Source: Octopus sinensis (taxonomy: Eukaryota). Taken from it: DNA of 64,000 bases. The DNA lies in contig NC_042997.1 in the NCBI RefSeq assembly GCF_006345805.1, positions 99,758,001 through 99,822,000 of the forward strand, given 5' to 3'. Below the pieces are notes generated by a model. The model ran no database searches. It saw only the letters and a list, made by a program, of their open reading frames with translations, and was not told where the DNA came from. The position numbers and the translations under genes are program-made. Below, piece by piece: positions 39,071 through 52,705 of the stretch (the stretch's first letter is position 1; every line of letters starts with the position of its first letter).

Positions 39071-39961
39071 TACTTTTATAAACTGAATTTTGGCATGTAA
39101 ACCCTGTAAGTCAAATACCCCACTATAATACCATTTCCTGGACTGTGGGTGCCTTCGGCAGAGTTGCAAGAATTTGGACCAGGCATCTGGCTGGGACACT
39201 AAGATCCCTTATTGTATCATTTCTTACATTTGGTGCCACTGATAATCAGGAAATATAAAAATAAAAAGTTGCCCAGTGGAAGCTACACACTAACAACTTT
39301 CCTCCATCCTATCTCTCCAGAGGGTTGGCTACCCTGAATTCCCTCCTCACCATAATTTGCTTGTATTCATCAATTTTTGGTTATTCAAGATGAACATCTT
39401 GGAGAAGATACAAAGATCAAGGACCCAACTCTTTCCATTTTTAACCTTTTCCTTACTAAATTCCAGTTAAAATACACTGTCTTTGTTTTAATTAATTTTG
39501 GTAATAATGAAGAATTTAATAAAATAACTTTATCACAGAATGTGACAAGCCTGGCTCTTTGAATTTCTGGTACAATTCACTTTTGCCAGCTGAGGAACTG
39601 AAGCAATGTGAAATAAAGTGTCTTACTGAAGGATACACGTGCCACCAGGAATTGAACTCACGGCCTTCTGATCATGAACCAAACACCCTAATGACTGAGT
39701 CACACACCTTCACTAACAGTCACTTTAAATGTCATATAACTAGGTTGAGGATTGTTCTTGTAAGAATTCTAAAAATCATTAGTCTTTCTAAAATCTTTCT
39801 AACCTTACCAGATAGAACTATTCCTCTAAATTTCTTTTGTTTTGTTGAAAATGTTTTCTTGATAATCACAAGTTAGAAATTGGAAGTGAAAGTCTATTTC
39901 TTGCCTTCGTGCTCATTTAGAATAAATTATGATTGAAGAATCATCAAGAAAAAACACATAC

Positions 39962-40039
39962 CAGCTCTTGCTCCAAAGTGCCAGTTCCAAGATATAAAGA
40001 AGCCATAATAATTCGCTTGCGAGATTTCCTGGCTTTTAG
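39962..40039 (-). CDS. PGS1: PGS1 (CDP-diacylglycerol--glycerol-3-phosphate 3-phosphatidyltransferase) internal exon, 78 nt, phase 0/0
   Basis: Minus strand reads ttctgcAG|CTA AAA GCC...GAG CTG|GTatgt and encodes LKARKSRKRIIMASLYLGTGTLEQEL. This matches the recalled vertebrate PGS1 segment GQIRVAKRRVVMASLYLGTGPLEQEL (same 26 codons) and joins in frame to the 38056 exon. Confidence 0.92.
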
Positions 40040-40889
40040 CTGCAGAAGGTAAAGTAACAGAAAAATTTACATCATTGAAATCTGATAAGTGAAAAATTTT
40101 TAGAATATTTTAGCAATTTTTCAGTCAATAAAAAAAAAATAACATGAACAAGAACAGATGAAAAATGAAGAAGATTTAATTCTAACATACTGTAAACATT
40201 GAAGAAAATACAGGTAAAAAGTATTTTTAAAGATACAGTTGGATCGTTTTCACTTTAGAAAATGGAAAGATGACTTTTAGAGCCAAATGAATGAGCTCTA
40301 CATGCAAACCCGCATGAATACACACACATATATATGTATAAAAATATGTGGGTATTTATTTTTTAAATGACAGAAAATTATGACAAAGACTCAAGAATTG
40401 AGTGTCATGAAAGGTACTTATTAAATTCGTATATCATCATCATCATCGTTTAACGTCTGCCTTCCATGCTGGCATGAGTAGGATGGTTTGACAAGAGCCG
40501 GCCAGGCAGAAGCTTGCACCAGATATCTGTAACTGTTTTGACAGGACTTTTACAACTGGATGCCCTTCCTAACACCAACTACTCAGCAGAGTGGACTTAG
40601 TGCTTTTTTACATAGCACAAGCATAGGCAAGGTCAGTTTTGGTGAGGTTTTTACAGCTGGGTGCCCTTCCAAATGTCAACCACTTTACAGTGTGAGCTGG
40701 GTGCTTTTAAGTAACACCTGTACTGACAGGGTCACCAAGTACTTGCAAGATAAAAATCTTTAGAGAGGGGAAGGGGCATTGGAGGAGGTGCTCTTGTGTC
40801 AGATGATGAAAGCAAGGCAGAGAGACAGGAACAGGTGTCTTGCTGTAGAGGAGGTGCAAGGTTACCTGGTGAGAGACAGATATATAATA

Positions 40890-42068
40890 ACAGATAATAA
40901 CTTTATTTATGCTATGGGAATAAAAATAAATCTTCTTTTCTATAATGTTATTCAATAAAGCCACCTTCAGCTTCAACAACTGTTTCTGTATGAGATCTAA
41001 ATCATCTACATGCTTGAATCAAGTGGTCCTGGTTCATTTTGGACATTACTCTGACTATGGCAGCTTTCAAAGAATCTTTGGTGTTATGGGCATGTTCATC
41101 GACCTATCTCTCAATAACGCTCCATGTATAATAGTCCAATAGATTGAGATCTGGGGAATTAAGAGGCAAATGTTAGGGGTTATGTGATCGGGAAATTTTT
41201 CAGCCATCCATTCCTGTGTTACTAGAGCCATGTGTGATAGTGCAGAGTCTTGCTGAAATACATAAGGCCTCGCATTTAATATATTGTCTATCCAGGACTA
41301 AACAATCATTTCCAGGACCTCAATGTAGGTGGCAGAGTTAACTCTAAGGCCTTGTGGAAAGAAGTAAGGAAGCATCACATGTCCTTCATTGCTGGCAACC
41401 CCTAAAACCATGACAGTTGCATGGAATTTTTGTATGTATAACACTTGAAACTTCAGAAGTGTCTGCACATAACCATCTGTCATTTCTTCTGTTAACTTTT
41501 TGATCTTGGTCAAAGTTTTTCTTGTTTGAGAAAAATAAAATCAAATCTTCTTCTGCTGGATTTTTCAGTTTGTTTAAGAGCCTTTTAAATCTGATGTAGT
41601 GATTTTCTTTTGCTTTTTCTGACAAATTGACCTTTCCTCATCATATAAGACTTATATCTGATGTCTTCATGGACAACATTTCTGACTGTTCCTTCTGACA
41701 CATCTTTTGCACTTGACCTCATGAACTTTCTGGGATTATAAGCAATGGTCTGTTGAACTTGCTGGTGTTTTGATGATTTCAGAGTGTTTAGAATACTTTT
41801 TATGCTTTGATACTGGTGATACATTTCCATCTTCAGTCTCTAGCTCCTAACAAACTTTGTAGACGAAAGATCTAGCAACTTTTAAAAATCGAGATATTTC
41901 TAAATCTCTATGCTCAGCCTTTATAACCACAATAACAGCCTCTTCATTTCTTGAGTAAGCTGAGGGTTTGCCATTATTATTTTCTGAAACAAAGATTATA
42001 CAGAGTGAGCAAGAACTGCAGCAATGACCCAAAAAAGGTATATCCTCAAGTACCTTACGCACCCTGTA
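40890..42068 (-). mobile_element. Tc1/mariner maT-type (DD37D) transposon, pseudogenised transposase ~41974-40948
   Basis: 5' end TA|CAGGGTG at 42068-42060. Frameshifted translation MANPQLTQEMK...FLKVARSFVYKV...FFSNKKNFDQDQKVNRRNDRWLC...VMVLGVASNEGHV..YFFPQGLRVNSATYIEVL...FQQDSA...NSPDLNLLDYYTWS...VVEAEGGFIE*. The last two Asp are spaced by 37 residues after correcting one frameshift. 3' TIR not found. Confidence 0.88.
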
Positions 42069-42084
42069 TACATATATATATATC

Positions 42085-42530
42085 TGGCATCCGTGCTAGT
42101 GGAGTGCTAACAGCACCATCCGAGCATGATCGTTGCCAAAGCAGCTAACTGGCTTCCATGCTGGTGGCACATAAAAAGCACCATTCAAGCATGATCGTTA
42201 CCAGTGTCACCTTACTGGCACATGAAAAAACATTCGAACGAGGTTGTTGCTAGTGTCGCTGGATTGGCCCCTGTGCAGATGGCATATAAAAAACACCATT
42301 TGAGCGTGGCCATTGACAGTACCACCTAACTGGCCCTCGTGCTGGTGGCACATAAAAGCACCCACTACACTCTCAGAGTGGTTGGCATTAGGAAGGGCAT
42401 CCAGCTGTAGAAACTCTGCCAGATCAGATTGGAGCCTGGTGCAGCCATCTGGTTCACCAGTCCTCAGTCAAATCATCCAACCCATGCTAGTATGGAAAGC
42501 AGACGCTAAACGATGATGATGATGATAATG
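42085..42530 (+). mobile_element. Family E repeat with internal tandem ggtggcacataaaaagcacc units and (GAT)n tail
   Basis: Ends ggaagggcatccagctgtagaaactctgccagatcagattggagcctggtgcagcc...cccatgctagtatggaaagcagacgctaaacgatgatg. Other copies at ~13012-13235, 31575-31808, 34838-35030, 51318-51478, 56243-56392, 59345-59633. Confidence 0.75.
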
Positions 42531-42531
42531 A

Positions 42532-42575
<44 letters not shown>

Positions 42576-42708
42576 GTACCTATATAATGGCATCCAGCTG
42601 TAGACTATGGAACCTGGTGTGGACACTGGCCATGACAGTTTCTGTCAATTTCCCCAACCCATGCCAGCATGGAAAGTGGATATTAAACAACGGTGATGAT
42701 GATGATGA

Positions 42709-42768
<60 letters not shown>

Positions 42769-44454
42769 TGATATGCATACGCACAAACATATATAGTTAT
42801 ATGAGAAAAGAGTCATTTGTGTACAAGTAATATCCATGAATTGCCTTCAAGAATTAAATTTATGTATATACCTGTTTTCTATATATGCACACTTAACTTT
42901 TGAAAGTTTTTGTTATGTATATTTGTGTGTGCTTGTAGATGCAAATACAGAATACGCCTTTTCTTTTTTCCCACAAAATTCTTGAAAATAAGCTATGTTG
43001 GAAGTGGATGCTGGATACCTTATATCACTATTTCAAGATAACACTGAATTTACATTTCTGAAGAAATAACAGGTGAAGAATCCTAAGGAAAAGCTAGATA
43101 AGAAAATGGAAACAGAAACCCCAAGTTGTTTAAATATCATGTGTTAAAGTATGGAAAAGGTTAGAAATCCACCGAGGTAAAATTGCATGTATAACTGAAA
43201 GAAAATAATTATATAGATGAAGAAAATGAATTAAAAACAAAAATTCTTTCAGTTAATTATTATACACATAATTCTTCCTCCCACCACCTTCTAATAACAA
43301 TCTCAACAGCATCTCCAATAAATTTGTGTATTTTTACATAAGAAGTAAGGATTGAGTTATGGTTGTGTGGTTAAAAAGTTTACTTAGTGAATCATGCAGC
43401 TAAAAGTTCAATCCTCTGCATGGCACTTTGAATAAGTGTTTCATTGCTATAATCTTCAGTAAATCCAAGTCTTGTGAGTGAAACTGAGTAGACAGAAACT
43501 GAGCACAGGTTGGTTACATGGACTGAACCTGTTCATGAGTGGAAAACTTAACATGCCACTTGGTTTAGCATCACCTTGGATTATGGGTGCCATTAACCGA
43601 GTTCATCCATGCAAGTTATTGTTGTTTAGCCCCACATCAGCCCTGTATAAACAGGTGTATCTGTTATGGCCATCCCATCTCTTTCCACACCTTGAACTAC
43701 ATCGTCGTCGTCACTGTCGCCGTCGCCGTCGTCGTCGTCGTGTCTCTTATATTCCTTCTGGGCTAGTGGCATACATTGGCTGGTTATATTATTATTATTA
43801 TTATTATGATGATGATGATGATAGTGATCTGAAAGGATTTGGTTGCTATTTCTGGCAAATTAAGTGATTACCTCACTGGTTTAGACCTGGTCTCTGGTCT
43901 GAAGATAACTTGATATGTTGATGTACTGAATCTTGTGATTTCAATCCAGATACTTTTGTCTACCTTCTCATACAAATGGGACAACTTGGAATTTTGGATG
44001 ATGAATAAATTAGAAAACACCTGAGATCAACTACCTAACAAGATGAAAGTCTGCTGGCTCCCAGATACTTTAATCTTATCAACCACTAAACTTAAAATGA
44101 TGGCTTCTCCTGAAGTATTACTTTTCTTTACACTTTTCTTTCCTATTTTTACTTTACCAACTTCAGACTCACACCAACCTCTGACTCACACCAACCTCTG
44201 ATTCACACCAACCTGACTCATAGACATGCTGCCTGCAGACTCTGTCTTTTCTACCAGTGCTACAGTACCATCTGATCTTCATTCACTTATCTCTTCTCCT
44301 CTTCTTATCTGTATAGTGTATGCTGCCCCAGTTTTACACAAGAACATTGACAATATTGATCTTACCACTCTTGGAGTGGTTTGAAATGGTAATACTTGCA
44401 GCTCCTTTCACCAGACAAAGCCATTACAAAAATATGACAGAAACTCAATAAGCC

Positions 44455-44812
44455 CTGAGATCTTTTCGGTTTGAACGGCAGTTTGTAACATAATTTCTAG
44501 GTAACTAAAAAATTTTAAACTTCGTATACTGGTAGAATGTGTTTATAAAACATCATTTTCTCTTGGCTTTATTGAGAAAATTCTATAGTTTGTAACATAT
44601 TTCGTCTTTAATTCCTTGCATTTCGGCAATTTTAACCAATCGATTACCTCCATTGACATAAACAACATTCGGTGCTGTATGAATATGTCCCTCGTTTAAG
44701 AAACAGATTGAGTTTATTTACATTTGTGAAGAAAAAAAGATACCCTTCCCCCACCCCTAACCCTAAATCTAAAATAGATTGAAATGCAATAGATCGATAC
44801 TAGGGTTATAAG
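44455..44812 (+). mobile_element. Non-autonomous repeat of uncertain class (Helentron/DINE-like architecture suspected)
   Basis: Distinct CpG-containing block starting cttttcggtttgaacggcag and ending ccctaaccctaaatctaa...gatcgatactagggtt, with a short ccctaa/tagggtt inverted pair. Class is inferred only. Confidence 0.35.
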
Positions 44813-46339
44813 TCATATGCCCTTCCTCTCTCCTCTGACAAAGCAATTAAAACCTAAACCAAAAGTAGTCCCTAAAGTAGAAGAACACTAGACTGGAATT
44901 TTTCCTCACTAGGCTGCTCCTTACTTAAAATAACAATACCCCAGTTATCAAGCGTTTTTAGACAGTTCTTATTAGGGCTTCATATAACTTATTCTTCTTT
45001 GCTTTGACCAGTTCTCCTTGGAAATGAATTTGTTGAGATTTGATGGTATTTGTGTTCTTTTATCAACCACCCCATCATAATTATGATATCATAATAGCCC
45101 ATAATAATAAAAGTGGAGCTGTTAAATCTATTATGCAATGTATCTACTTAACACTTCAGATCTATTATACAACCCATCCTGTTATCTACAAAGGACATTC
45201 CTTCTATTTAAAAATACTTATGCTTACGCTCCTTCCCTCTGATCACTTGGGCCATGATTCTGCCTCACTCTCAGCACATTACAAATCTTGCTATAACTGA
45301 CTACATCCACATTCCAAGCTGCCATAAATAATACTGTGTTTTATCTACAAAGCATAATTTCATAGCAAAATTAAATCATTATCACCATTTAACCATCTGT
45401 TTTCTACACCAGTATGGGTTGGACAGTTTGATAGGAACTGGAAAGTAGGAAGACTGTACCAAGCTCCACTGTCTGCTTCAGAATAGTTTCTATGGCTGGA
45501 TACCTTTCCTAATGCCAACTACTTTACTTTTCATGTGGCACCAGAACTATCAAGTAATTTCAAGTAATTTCAATTGGAAAGAGGAGTAGTATTGAGGGAG
45601 GTGGCTTTGTGTCAGGTGATGAGAGATTAAAGAATGAGAGGGGACAGAAACTGATGTCTTGCAGTAAAGGAGATAAATGGCTACGCTTCACAAATAAAAA
45701 TGATTCTCTATAGATATTTACTCATAACACACATTGCAATGGTAAAAGTAAGTAAAGTTTCCTTCTTGAGTCATGCTGATTCATAAGGGCTGGTTTCTAT
45801 GGTGTATATATTCCCCACCTGGATGAGACACCAGTCCATTGCAGGATTACTCATTTTTGCCAGGTGAGTGGACTGGAGCAATGTGAAATGAAATGTTTTG
45901 CTCAAAAATACAACATGCCATGCAGTCCAGGAATTGAAACCACAATCTTACAATCATGGGTCCAACATCCTAACCACTAAGTCACATGCCTCCACACACA
46001 TTGTACTGGAACTAAAGCAAAAGTAAGGCCATCAACTTTGTAACATTATGGAAGTGGGCAGAGGAATAGTTATGAATTTTGCTTTGTAATGATGTGGTTT
46101 TGGGTTCAAGTCCACAGCATAACACCATAACCAAGGGTCTTCTACCATAACACTGAGCTGAACAACATCTTGTAAGTGGAATTTGGTGGACAGAAATTAT
46201 AGGAAAACCGGTCATATGTGTGTGTGTGCACGCACGTGTGTGTATGTGTATTTGAGTGAGTGTTCATTTAACTAACATCCGTTACTCAACGCTTGCTTGA
46301 GCTGAGCTGGTAACATATTTGAAGCAACATTTTATAGCC

Positions 46340-46444
46340 TGATGTAATGTTTACACTCCCCGTTGACATTATGACCACCTACTGGCCTTCAATTGCATAG
46401 AGTGGGTGGTCATAATGTCAACAGGGAGCGTAAACTTAACATCA
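46340..46444. other. 105-nt hairpin (44-bp stem, 5 mismatches, 17-nt loop)
   Basis: tgatgtaatgtttacactccccgttgacattatgaccacctact pairs with agtgggtggtcataatgtcaacagggagcgtaaacttaacatca. Confidence 0.85.
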
Positions 46445-46853
46445 TGGTTTCGCTCAGATGGTGATTAGTGAAGCTATGGAATGTCAACAGTTGCACGCAT
46501 ACGCACACACACACATCATTTAACGTAACAGAGAATTTAAAAGAGAGCTTCTAATAGTTCCATGCTGTAGAGATACAATAATTTGGCAGATTTATTTAGC
46601 ATGCCATATGTCTCCAAGCAATCCTTCAGGCTCAGTAGATGCTGTTAGTCCTATTTAAAAACCAGGACACTGGTCTAGGAGAAAACATGAGAAAAATCAA
46701 GAAGAAAAATGAGAAGGAGGTTGATGCAAAAAGTGGAATAAGAAGAAAGAAAAGAAAAGTAAGAAAACCGAGCCCTGCCTCCACTTTGTCTGTAGAAATC
46801 ATAATTAATCTAGTGTAGTATAATATAACGGAAGTCATTTATATTCATATATA

Positions 46854-46895
<42 letters not shown>

Positions 46896-46996
46896 CTAGC
46901 AATTGTAGGTGCTTTTTTGCACCCTTATTAATGTATTCTACCTTTTTGGCTTTTAATTGCTTTAGCCACCTATATTATAACGTATTTAATATATAT

Positions 46997-47041
<45 letters not shown>

Positions 47042-47322
47042 CCATACACACACACACAGAGTAAGAAAAGCAAAACTCAAACTGTTATGAGATTTGCTGG
47101 CTTGTGGGGACAAAAAAATAGTGCTAATGAGAAAATATTTTGAGTTATTGTTTTGTGGGTGTGGTACCATAAGCTATATTAGCTGAAGGTAGGTCAGTTG
47201 TGTTAAAGGAAACCAATTTATCTTAAAATTTAAAGTTTAAAAATAAAGAAAGAAAATAAAACTCATATGGAAGGTGTGTGGTGATGAGTGATGAATATGT
47301 AAACTCAAGAACTGATCAAAAT

Positions 47323-50300
47323 CACTTAGTCCCTTTTTTATTCAAACAAAGGAAGGGGAACAACAGAAACTATTTTACATTTTAAATGGCAGACATTCTT
47401 TGGGTGTTGTATTCGAAATTACCTTCAAATTTTATGAAATACCACAAATGTCAACATCAGATTCCACTATGAAACAATTTGTCATCGACTGTTTTTCGTT
47501 TTTACTAGAGAATATTAGGGAACTGCTTTGCTGAAGTTTTAAAGATTAAAGCAAGATTAGAAGCTATTACTAACATTTTTAAATATTTGGAAGTTGCTTG
47601 TATATATAAAGAGAGTAGCAATATTAAGAATAGACCAAATTAATACAATAGATAAATCATGGTGGTGTAATATTAACAGGAAAACCTAATAATAAATAAT
47701 TCTAAAATTAATGGATTTTTGCATCCAAATATTTTATTAAAGATTCTGCTTTAATTAAAGACCTAAAAGTAGCTTAGAGAGCAATCAAATATTTAAGTGC
47801 TTATTACCACAAATAAAAAAATAAAAATTGAAATGTAACTGAGCGAATCACACATACCACCAGAAGAATGTAAAATAGTCAAAAAGCTGTAACAGACAGA
47901 CAAGATGAAGAAAATCAAACAACAAAAAATATACCAATTAAGGATAAATTTATGAATGAATTAGCTGCTATTTAAACTCTAAAATAAACTAGAGCTATAA
48001 CATTCAGGAAGAACATATTGGTCTGTCAACTGAGGGTCATGATTTTGAAATAGTTGAACCTGGTTCAGTTTCATTGTTTATGTATCAGTAATTATTGATT
48101 AAAATTTGAAATCACAAAGAAAAGACAATGCCAAGGAAACAAGCGATGTTCCAGCTTTGGCAAAAAAACTTAATAAAAGTTGTAACTAATTTGGGGTTGA
48201 TGAGCAGTGATTTCTGTCTTTTAAAGAAGGGTTCTGTTAAAAATGTCAGAAAGCTGGTTTCTACAGAAGTTGGAGACATTAAGTTCTCTTGAAGGTTTGT
48301 AAGCTCAAAATTAGTTTAGACAGACTGCTTGTATATATGCCCCCTTTATATTTCTATATAGAATTAATTTGTGTTAATTTTATTGTACAGGAAAATATAA
48401 ACTGAGAAATAATTTTTAACTATTACTTGGTTTTGAAAATCTGCAATATCCCACAAGGTCTCTCAGACTGATGAAGTTCATGTGGGTGTTGGTCAGTACA
48501 GTGTGGGATTTAGCTGGCAAGAGATTAAATGAAAAAAGAGACAAAGATAGGAAGATATATCAAATGACACAAAGCTTGCTAGGCTACGAATTGTTGTAGT
48601 AACCAAAGAAGAGACAAAGAGAAAACAGTGTCAGTTGATAACTGAATGTTTTCTAAACAGCTTGATTATTGCCTTTTGGGGGATGTGGTCTCGTATGTTT
48701 GTACATATAGCAGCTGTACCATCACAGATTTGTGAATAATACTCTGTGAGCTGGAATTGTGCTTTAGGCAAAACGTATTTTCTGGCCCTAAAGAATAAAT
48801 GTAACCTTTAGAATGAAGTTTTGATAATGTAGTAGGTGTGTTACCACTACAAAAGATCACAAAAGATTACGAGACCTAGCATTTGTAGTTAGTTTGAGAA
48901 TTTCAGCTGGATGCTCCCTATGAGTAGAAACTGGTTTTAATGATATTTATAGTGAATATATCTTGGTACTATTGGGATTACAATCAGCCCAACTTGAAAA
49001 ATTATAGGTTTGATTACCAGACAAAAAAAATATAATTTCACACATCAGATCTATACCACTAGTCCCATTTTTTTTTTTCACTTGAGTAAAAAGGGGGAGA
49101 AGGGAATAACAGAAACTGGTTTACATTGTTTTAAATGGCAAGCATTCCTAGGGTGTTGTATTCAAAATTACCTTCAAATTCTGTGAAATACCGCAAATGT
49201 CAACATTGGATTCCATTATGAAACAATTTGTCATTTGTCTCATTTACTGCTTTTAGTCTTTACTTAAGAATATTAGGGAACCACTTCAGCAAAATCTTAA
49301 AGATTAGGTTAAGACAAGAAGATATTGCTAAAATTTTAAATATCTGAAGTAACATACATATTTTGAGAGAATACTCCTTTCTACTATAGGCACAAGGAAT
49401 GGTCGATTACATCAACCCCAGTATTCAACTGGTACTTATTTCATTGACCCCCCCAAAAGGATGAAAGGCAAAGTCAACCTCAGTGGAATTTGAACTCAGA
49501 ACATAGTGACAGACCAAATCAATACAATCAATACATATTGATGATGAGATGTCAGCAAGAAAACAGGTTCTAAAATGAATGGATTTTTGTATCCAAACTT
49601 TTTTTATTAACCTCTTTAATACAAACCCAACCAAGACCATCCCTGCTTCTATGACTAAAAGGTGTCTGTTTTAAAGAGATCTAAATTCAAGCCTTCCATC
49701 AAAATTTAATGTTAAATAATATTCTAAACATCAGCTTAATAATGACAGGCGAGCTTGGCAGAATCGTTAACAGGCCGGGCGAAATGCTTAGCGGTATTTC
49801 GTCTTCTGTTACGTTCCGAGTTCAAATTCCGCCATGGTCGACTTTGCCTTTCGGGGTTGATCAAGTAAGTACCAGTTACACACTGGGGTTGATGTCATCG
49901 ACTTAATCCCTTTGTCTGTCCTTGTTTGTCCCTTCTATGTTAAGCCCCCTGTGGGCAATAAAGAAATAAATATCATTTTACTAAATTATTCATTATTTTG
50001 AAAATTACATGGCAGTGTATTTCAACAAAAATTTGGTAACATAAAAGGTTAAAGGTTCTATTCTAATTGGAGACAGCATGGAAAGTGGACGTTAAACGAT
50101 GATGATGATGATGATGATAAATTAGTAGCTTAGACAGTAACCAAATATTAGACATTTTATCACTTCAAATAACTTGAAATGGAACTGAGCTAATCACACA
50201 GAACACCAGAAGACTGCAAAACTGTCAAAAGATGCAAGAGGATAGACACAGATACACATACAAGAAAATCTTAAGTCATAGGCAAAAAAATGTGTCAATT

Positions 50301-50470
50301 TAATTACAAAGATATGAAGAGCTGTTGTTTACATTCTAAAATAAATTAGACCAATAACATATAGAAAGAACATAATGATCTGATTATTGAGAGATCGTAA
50401 TTTTGACATAGAAGTCTGATTCAGCTTCACTATTTATATATCAGTCAATCCTAAAGTTGAATTCACATAA
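47323..50470 (+). repeat. Old tandem duplication: copy 1 ~47323-48120, copy 2 ~49058-50470 (copy 2 interrupted by SINEs)
   Basis: Colinear shared blocks, e.g. gggtgttgtattc.aaattaccttcaaatt...gaaatacc.caaatgtcaacat..gattcca.tatgaaacaatttgtcat, aatggatttttg.atccaaa and aactgagc.aatcacaca..a.accagaaga. Confidence 0.7.
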
Positions 50471-51281
50471 CAATACAAAAATTAAATTCAAGAAAACCGC
50501 TGCTGCTGCTGCTGTTTGTAGTAGCAGTAGTAGTGGTGGTGATGGTGGTGTCAGCGGCGGCGGCAGTGGTGGTGGTAGCAGTAGTGGTAGTGATGGTGGT
50601 GGTGGTTATGTTGGTACTGCAACAGCTGATAATGATGATGATGGTGGTGATGATGATGATGATGATGACAAGAATCATAATGTGAACTATGATTACTAAA
50701 ATCACCTTAATAATTAATCATCATCATAATAATTAAAGCTGCTAGTCTAAAGCAACAAAATGTCAGTGAGCGTTACTTATTGAAAAAAAACAGGAGGCAA
50801 AAAAAAAAAACTAACAACATAATCCTAGACCATCCCCACTTAATCAACTGTTATCTTCAGAAAAAGAAATGATAGGAATAACAGTCTCGACTCTATAGCC
50901 CCTGTTTTCATTCTTTGAAACAATTCATGCATAAATAATGCAATATGAAATAAAAATGTACATAAATCACATTGACAACTCATAATTAACTGATAAAGGA
51001 TGTGATGGTCCTTAAGTACAAGTCAGGTGGGGTGGGGAGTTCTGTTTATTTATTCTGTATATTGTGAAAGTAATAGAAACATTACATCAGAAGTGTAACC
51101 TCAGACATCTAAAATGATTCCTTTCAACTAAACACAGGCTTAAATTTCGAAAACGGGGTCATATCATATTACTGGCTGTGTGGTACCTTGGGTAGGTGTC
51201 TTCTACTAGAACACCCTGGACCAAACAATACTTTGTGAGTGAATTTCGTAGACAGAAACTGTGTGGAAGCCCCTATGTGTA

Positions 51282-51315
<34 letters not shown>

Positions 51316-51474
51316 CATCATCGTCATCATCATCATCATCGTTTAACATCCACTTTCCATGCTAGCATGGGTTGGACGGTTTGACTGAGGGCTGGAAAAC
51401 CAGATGGCTACACCAGGCTCCAGTCTTGATCTGGCAGAGTTTCTACAGCTGGATGCCCTTCCTAACGCCAACAA

Positions 51475-51565
<91 letters not shown>

Positions 51566-51773
51566 GTATATTATTCATTATATATACAGTTTACACTGTA
51601 TATATAATGAATAATATATAGTCTATTGACTATATATAATGAGGAAGCAAAAGAGTAAGAGGAACATGAAGACAGAGGTCATGAAAGCTTATCACAGGAG
51701 GCTGAACCTCATGGAGGAAATGAACAGTTGTAGCAATTTGAGTAGTACTGGACTAATAAAGAACCATCTAAAC

Positions 51774-52058
51774 CAGCAGTTCTCAACTATGGTCCATATG
51801 ATTCTCAGGGCACTATATGGCCCTTAGGGGTCCATATTAAATTTTGTTATTAAAATTCCTGTGCAATAAATTGCTCATACTTTTATAATATAGAAAAAGA
51901 AATTTTGATTTATTTATACAATTCCTAATAATATTTTAATATTTAATTATAAAAATGCAGTAGGATTTTTTTATACATACATTGACTGGCTACGGAGGTC
52001 CAATAGAATAACATAGGAATCACAGGGTCCACAGGCAGAAAACAGTTGAGAACTACTG
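51774..52058. mobile_element. hAT/Charlie-like MITE (285 bp)
   Basis: TIRs cagcagttctcaac / gttgagaactactg (13/14 match). 8-bp flanks atctaaac / attgacac match only partly. Confidence 0.65.
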
Positions 52059-52705
52059 ATTGACACAATGCAAGCATGGAGCAATGGCAACAACAAAACA
52101 TGCTAACCAAGTGGTTAGAGCATTGCACTCATGATCATGAGATTGTAGTTTCAATTCCTGGACTGGGTGGTGTGTGTGTATGAATGAGGAAGCAAAACAC
52201 TTCATCTCATTTATCCCCACTTAAACATGGATGTTCTGTAAGAAAATAAACTATCCTGTGGTAGATACCATAAAAGAAACTCTCATATTGGCTTTTGGTG
52301 CAAAATGCACTCTTGTTTATATTGCTAGCAGGGAGATAAATCCCCACCACCTCCAGCACCAAGACAACTTGGCCACATGAGCATGACCTTCCTTGGTCTT
52401 GTCAATGATGGACGCTTGACTGTTAGAGACAACAGTGACTCATCTCCCCACCAGCAATTATAGAAAAACGATGCCATAACAGGCACTAGTGCTGTGATTA
52501 ACCACTCTGTCGCTAATATATACTTCATTTCATGTTGCTCTGCAATTACTTAGATACCTGATTTGTGGCATTTTTATGATGATAAACATTAACATCCCTC
52601 TGTGATTAGAAGGTGGACTCATCAAACTCTTATTAAGGGTAACTAACATGTCTCGTTAGGAAGAGGAAGGCATTGGAGTCTCGTGTGTTGGTAATTAGAA
52701 GTTAC

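Noticed and set aside
39070-39199. Minus-strand frame SQPDAWSKFLQLCRRHPQSRKWYYSGVFDLQGLHAKIQFIK with possible splice sites inside the PGS1 intron
   Set aside because: Its phase (1/0) is incompatible with the phase-0 intron, the acceptor is weak and no homology was recognised.
44176-44222. Short direct-repeat arrays (17-bp gactcacaccaacctct x3; also ~12770-12815, 30868-30925, 36305-36365, 56400-56750)
   Set aside because: Head-to-tail slippage repeats without unique spacers; not CRISPR arrays, and the context is eukaryotic.
43900-45300. Possible degenerate LINE reverse transcriptase on the minus strand (KYLG-like motif)
   Set aside because: Too decayed to support by eye; needs an HMM search.
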